From a bacterium (GTDB lineage Bacteria; Zhuqueibacterota; Zhuqueibacteria; Oceanimicrobiales; Oceanimicrobiaceae): 37,006 nucleotides of DNA. The notes below the pieces were generated by a model. The model was not told the origin of the DNA, made no database searches, and saw nothing but the letters and a program-made list of their open reading frames with translations. The stretch covers positions 130,735 to 167,740 of the forward strand of contig JBBIIG010000003.1 in NCBI GenBank assembly GCA_037446635.1, in the 5' to 3' direction. This document shows positions 34,502-37,006 of this stretch, one piece after another. Each line of letters starts with the position of its first letter. The first letter of the stretch is position 1. The position numbers and the translations under genes were made by a program.

Positions 34502-35482
34502 TTATGCCGCGTAGTGCACCCGCGATCTCATAAACCGGATTTGAATGAGCGTGAAAATAAAAATGATACCGAACAGAAAATAGGCGACCGCCGAAGCATA
34601 GCCCATGTCGAAAAATTTGAAGGCCTGCTCGTAGAGATAAAACACCAGCACTTTGGTGGCGCCCAGCGGCCCGCCTTCGGTCAAAACATAAACGATGTCA
34701 AAAACCTGAAACGAGCTGATGATGGACATCACCAAAATGAAAAACGTGGTGGGCGCCAGCAGCGGAATGGTGATGTTCCAGAACTTCGACCAACTGCCGG
34801 CGCCGTCGATGGCCGCGGCGTCGTAGTAATGTTCAGGGATGCCCTGCAGTCCGGCTAAATACAGCACCATGTTCACGCCGAAGGTTTTCCACACGCCGAT
34901 CATGATCAGTGCGGTCATGGCGAGCGTCGGATCGTTCGTCCAGTTGAGCGAGCGAAAACCGAAAAAGCTGAGAAAATAATTGAACGATCCGAAGTTGGGA
35001 TCTAAAAGCCAGCGCCAGATCACGCCCGCAGCCACCGCCGAAATGATCACCGGCGTAAAAAAGGCCGTGCGCAGAAATTTCTTGCCAATGATTTTTTGAT
35101 TCAGAAACAGCGCCAGCACCAGCGACAACACCATGTTGAGCGGAACGGTGCCGAGGGTGTAAATCAAAGTGTGCTTCAAAACCTGCCAGAATTCTGCCGT
35201 GTGCAGCATAGTGGTGTAGTTGTTGACTCCAACGAAGATGCGCTCGCTGCCGAACATGTTCCACTTGTGGAAACTCAAATAGAATGAAAAAATCACTGGA
35301 AAAAGAATGAACACCGAAAATACCAGCAGCGTCGGCGAGAGAAACAGCAGCGCACTCCATCCCTCCCGTTTAGTGAAGGGGTTGCCGCGCGGCGCGGATC
35401 GGGAGTTCTTGCCGTCTGGCGCTGGCGGGCGTGGAACCGCCACCGCAACCGCCGCTTGTTTGTCGGATGTGACGATGCTCAT
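34502..35482 (-). CDS. Carbohydrate ABC transporter permease (MalF-like, CUT1)
   Basis: FVGVNNY, RTAFFTP, LAGLQGIP..YYDAAAIDGA, TEGGP and MGYASA. The start overlaps the upstream stop. Confidence 0.95.
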   Translation of the reverse strand: MSIVTSDKQAAVAVAVPRPPAPDGKNSRSAPRGNPFTKREGWSALLFLSPTLLVFSVFILFPVIFSFYLSFHKWNMFGSERIFVGVNNYTTMLHTAEFWQVLKHTLIYTLGTVPLNMVLSLVLALFLNQKIIGKKFLRTAFFTPVIISAVAAGVIWRWLLDPNFGSFNYFLSFFGFRSLNWTNDPTLAMTALIMIGVWKTFGVNMVLYLAGLQGIPEHYYDAAAIDGAGSWSKFWNITIPLLAPTTFFILVMSIISSFQVFDIVYVLTEGGPLGATKVLVFYLYEQAFKFFDMGYASAVAYFLFGIIFIFTLIQIRFMRSRVHYAA

Positions 35483-36813
35483 TTATTTTCCTGCACAGAG
35501 GCCAGAAGTTCGTTGCATTTTTTTGCGGCGTCGTCCAAAGCCGTTTTCGCCGCCATCTTGCCGATGGTGGTTTTCTCAATGGCTTCGGCGATCAGGCGCG
35601 TGATTCGCAAGCCGTGGTGGTCGATCGGGGTCGGACTTTGACTAATTTCCATTTGTTCGACGTAAGCTTTGAAGGGCTGATTCGTTTCCAGATAAGCCTG
35701 AAACTCGGGCACTTGCAGCGCCGCGTGGCGGACGGGCAAATAGCCGGACTCCATCGCCCAAAACGCCTGCACCTCTGGGCGCAGAATCCATTTCAGAAAA
35801 GTCCAGGCTTCGTTGGGATATTGGCTTTGTTTGAAGATGGTGAGGTACTCGCCGCCGGCAATGGTCGCCCGTTTTTTCGGTCCCGCCGGCAGCCAGGCAA
35901 TTCCCCAATCGAGGTTTTTCAGCAGGTCTTTATAGCGCGGCAAATTCCACGGGCCATCCAGCGCCATCGCCAACGTTTGAGACGCGAAGGCGACGTCGTA
36001 ATCAATCGTGAACGAGCTGAGTTTGAATTCGTGAAAAATTTTGCTCCAGAACGTCAGCGCCTGAACCCCTGGCTCGCGATTGAACAGCACCTCCGTTTGT
36101 TCGAGATTGATGATCTCGCCGCCGGCCTGCCACAAAAATGGGTACCACTGCCACACCATCCACGAGCCCAGCGGTCCGGAGGCCGGGAAGACCGGTACTA
36201 AAAATCCCACTTGGTCAAAGCGGCCGTCGCCGTTTTTGTCGATGGTCATTTTTTTGGCAAAGGTGTAAAGCTCGTCCCAGGTTTGCGGGGGATGATGAGG
36301 ATCGAGTCCGGCCTGGCGGAACAGCTCGCGGTTGTAGATCAGCGCGAGGTTGGTGGCTTCCATGGGCAGGCTGTATAATGTGCCGCGCCAGGAGGCGGCC
36401 TGGATGAGCGAAGGGTAGATGTCATTTAAATCTTCCTGGGGAAGTCCGTTGTCGCCATTAATGAATTCGCTCATGGGATAAATCGCGTCGGCTTTCACGA
36501 GGTCTTCCAAAAAATCGGCGTGAATCCAGGAAATGTCGGGGGTGTTTTTGCTTTGAATGGCGGTGATCAATTTTTGAATGAGAGCGTCGCCGGTAGGAAC
36601 ATACTGGGCTTTGATTTTGATGTTCGGGTGCTCCTGCTCGAATTTGGCGATCAGGGCGTCGAGGGCGGGGACAGTGGAGGCGACGAAACTGTGCCAGAAG
36701 GTAAGAGTGGCCTTTTCTTGGGAGTTCTTCTTGTCTTTAGTGCATCCATTTGCGGCAACCAGTAACCACGCGCTAAGCAGGAGAACAATTTTTGATTTCA
36801 CATGCGACTCCAT
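35479..36813 (-). CDS. ABC transporter oligosaccharide-binding lipoprotein (SBP family 1)
   Basis: Lipobox-like ANG-C; LTFWHS; FEQEHPNIKI; PDI; YSLP; YNRELF..AG...PPQTWDEL; GYLP. The real start may be GTG at 36801 (GGAG upstream). Confidence 0.92.
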   Translation of the reverse strand: MESHVKSKIVLLLSAWLLVAANGCTKDKKNSQEKATLTFWHSFVASTVPALDALIAKFEQEHPNIKIKAQYVPTGDALIQKLITAIQSKNTPDISWIHADFLEDLVKADAIYPMSEFINGDNGLPQEDLNDIYPSLIQAASWRGTLYSLPMEATNLALIYNRELFRQAGLDPHHPPQTWDELYTFAKKMTIDKNGDGRFDQVGFLVPVFPASGPLGSWMVWQWYPFLWQAGGEIINLEQTEVLFNREPGVQALTFWSKIFHEFKLSSFTIDYDVAFASQTLAMALDGPWNLPRYKDLLKNLDWGIAWLPAGPKKRATIAGGEYLTIFKQSQYPNEAWTFLKWILRPEVQAFWAMESGYLPVRHAALQVPEFQAYLETNQPFKAYVEQMEISQSPTPIDHHGLRITRLIAEAIEKTTIGKMAAKTALDDAAKKCNELLASVQENK

Positions 36814-37006
36814 TTTTTATGAAATGGCTCTGGATTTTGGCCTGCCCCGAATAAAACACGCTCACGAACTAGCGCTAATCTAAATTTTTTGCATAACCCT
36901 CACTGATGTATCAATCCTAAAAAGCCCCGACCGCGAGGCGCTGCGCACCGGCCAGCGCTTGAACGGAATCTCGAATAATCAATTTTGGATTAAGAATAAT
37001 CATATT

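Noticed and set aside
36920..36960. Riboswitch or attenuator in the leader (GC-rich stretch followed by a U-run on the minus strand)
   Set aside because: I could not form a convincing stem or recognise a known aptamer; an Rfam/Infernal search would be needed.

Overview
This window is one co-directional carbohydrate-utilisation locus of 24 genes on the minus strand (about 128-36813). Gene content and intergenic repeat style suggest a non-Bacteroidota FCB-group bacterium (KSB1/Calditrichota-like; inference only). In transcription order it encodes: a CUT1 oligosaccharide ABC binding protein and two permeases; an envelope module (GWxTD-domain protein, two-domain lipoprotein, FadL/OmpP1-like barrel, CBM9/DOMON-like protein with a T9SS type-A-like C-terminal domain, Zn-dehydrogenase, TonB-dependent transporter, unknown ~730-aa protein with a CTD-like tail, PorV/PorQ-family barrel); and a catabolic module (GH106-like hydrolase, rbsK, rbsD, aldo/keto reductase, clan GH-A hydrolase, ureidoglycolate-lyase-like cupin, unclassified TIM-barrel hydrolase, Gfo/Idh/MocA oxidoreductase, AP-endonuclease-2-fold sugar isomerase/lyase, GH42-like hydrolase, MFS transporter, secreted PIG-L deacetylase, secreted (alpha/alpha)6 hydrolase). 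I recognise no SusD, regulator, ABC ATPase, transposase, RT or cas gene. Best candidates for novelty: (1) a SusD-less uptake machine that appears to pair CTD-bearing proteins with their own FadL/PorV-fold barrels; (2) a pathway that appears to release ribose from an imported glycan; (3) a 678-bp duplication inside one gene, identical by eye, with its own codon bias; (4) many families of short palindromic elements, some inserted in-frame into genes or supplying gene ends. All family calls come from motif recognition by eye; no searches were run.
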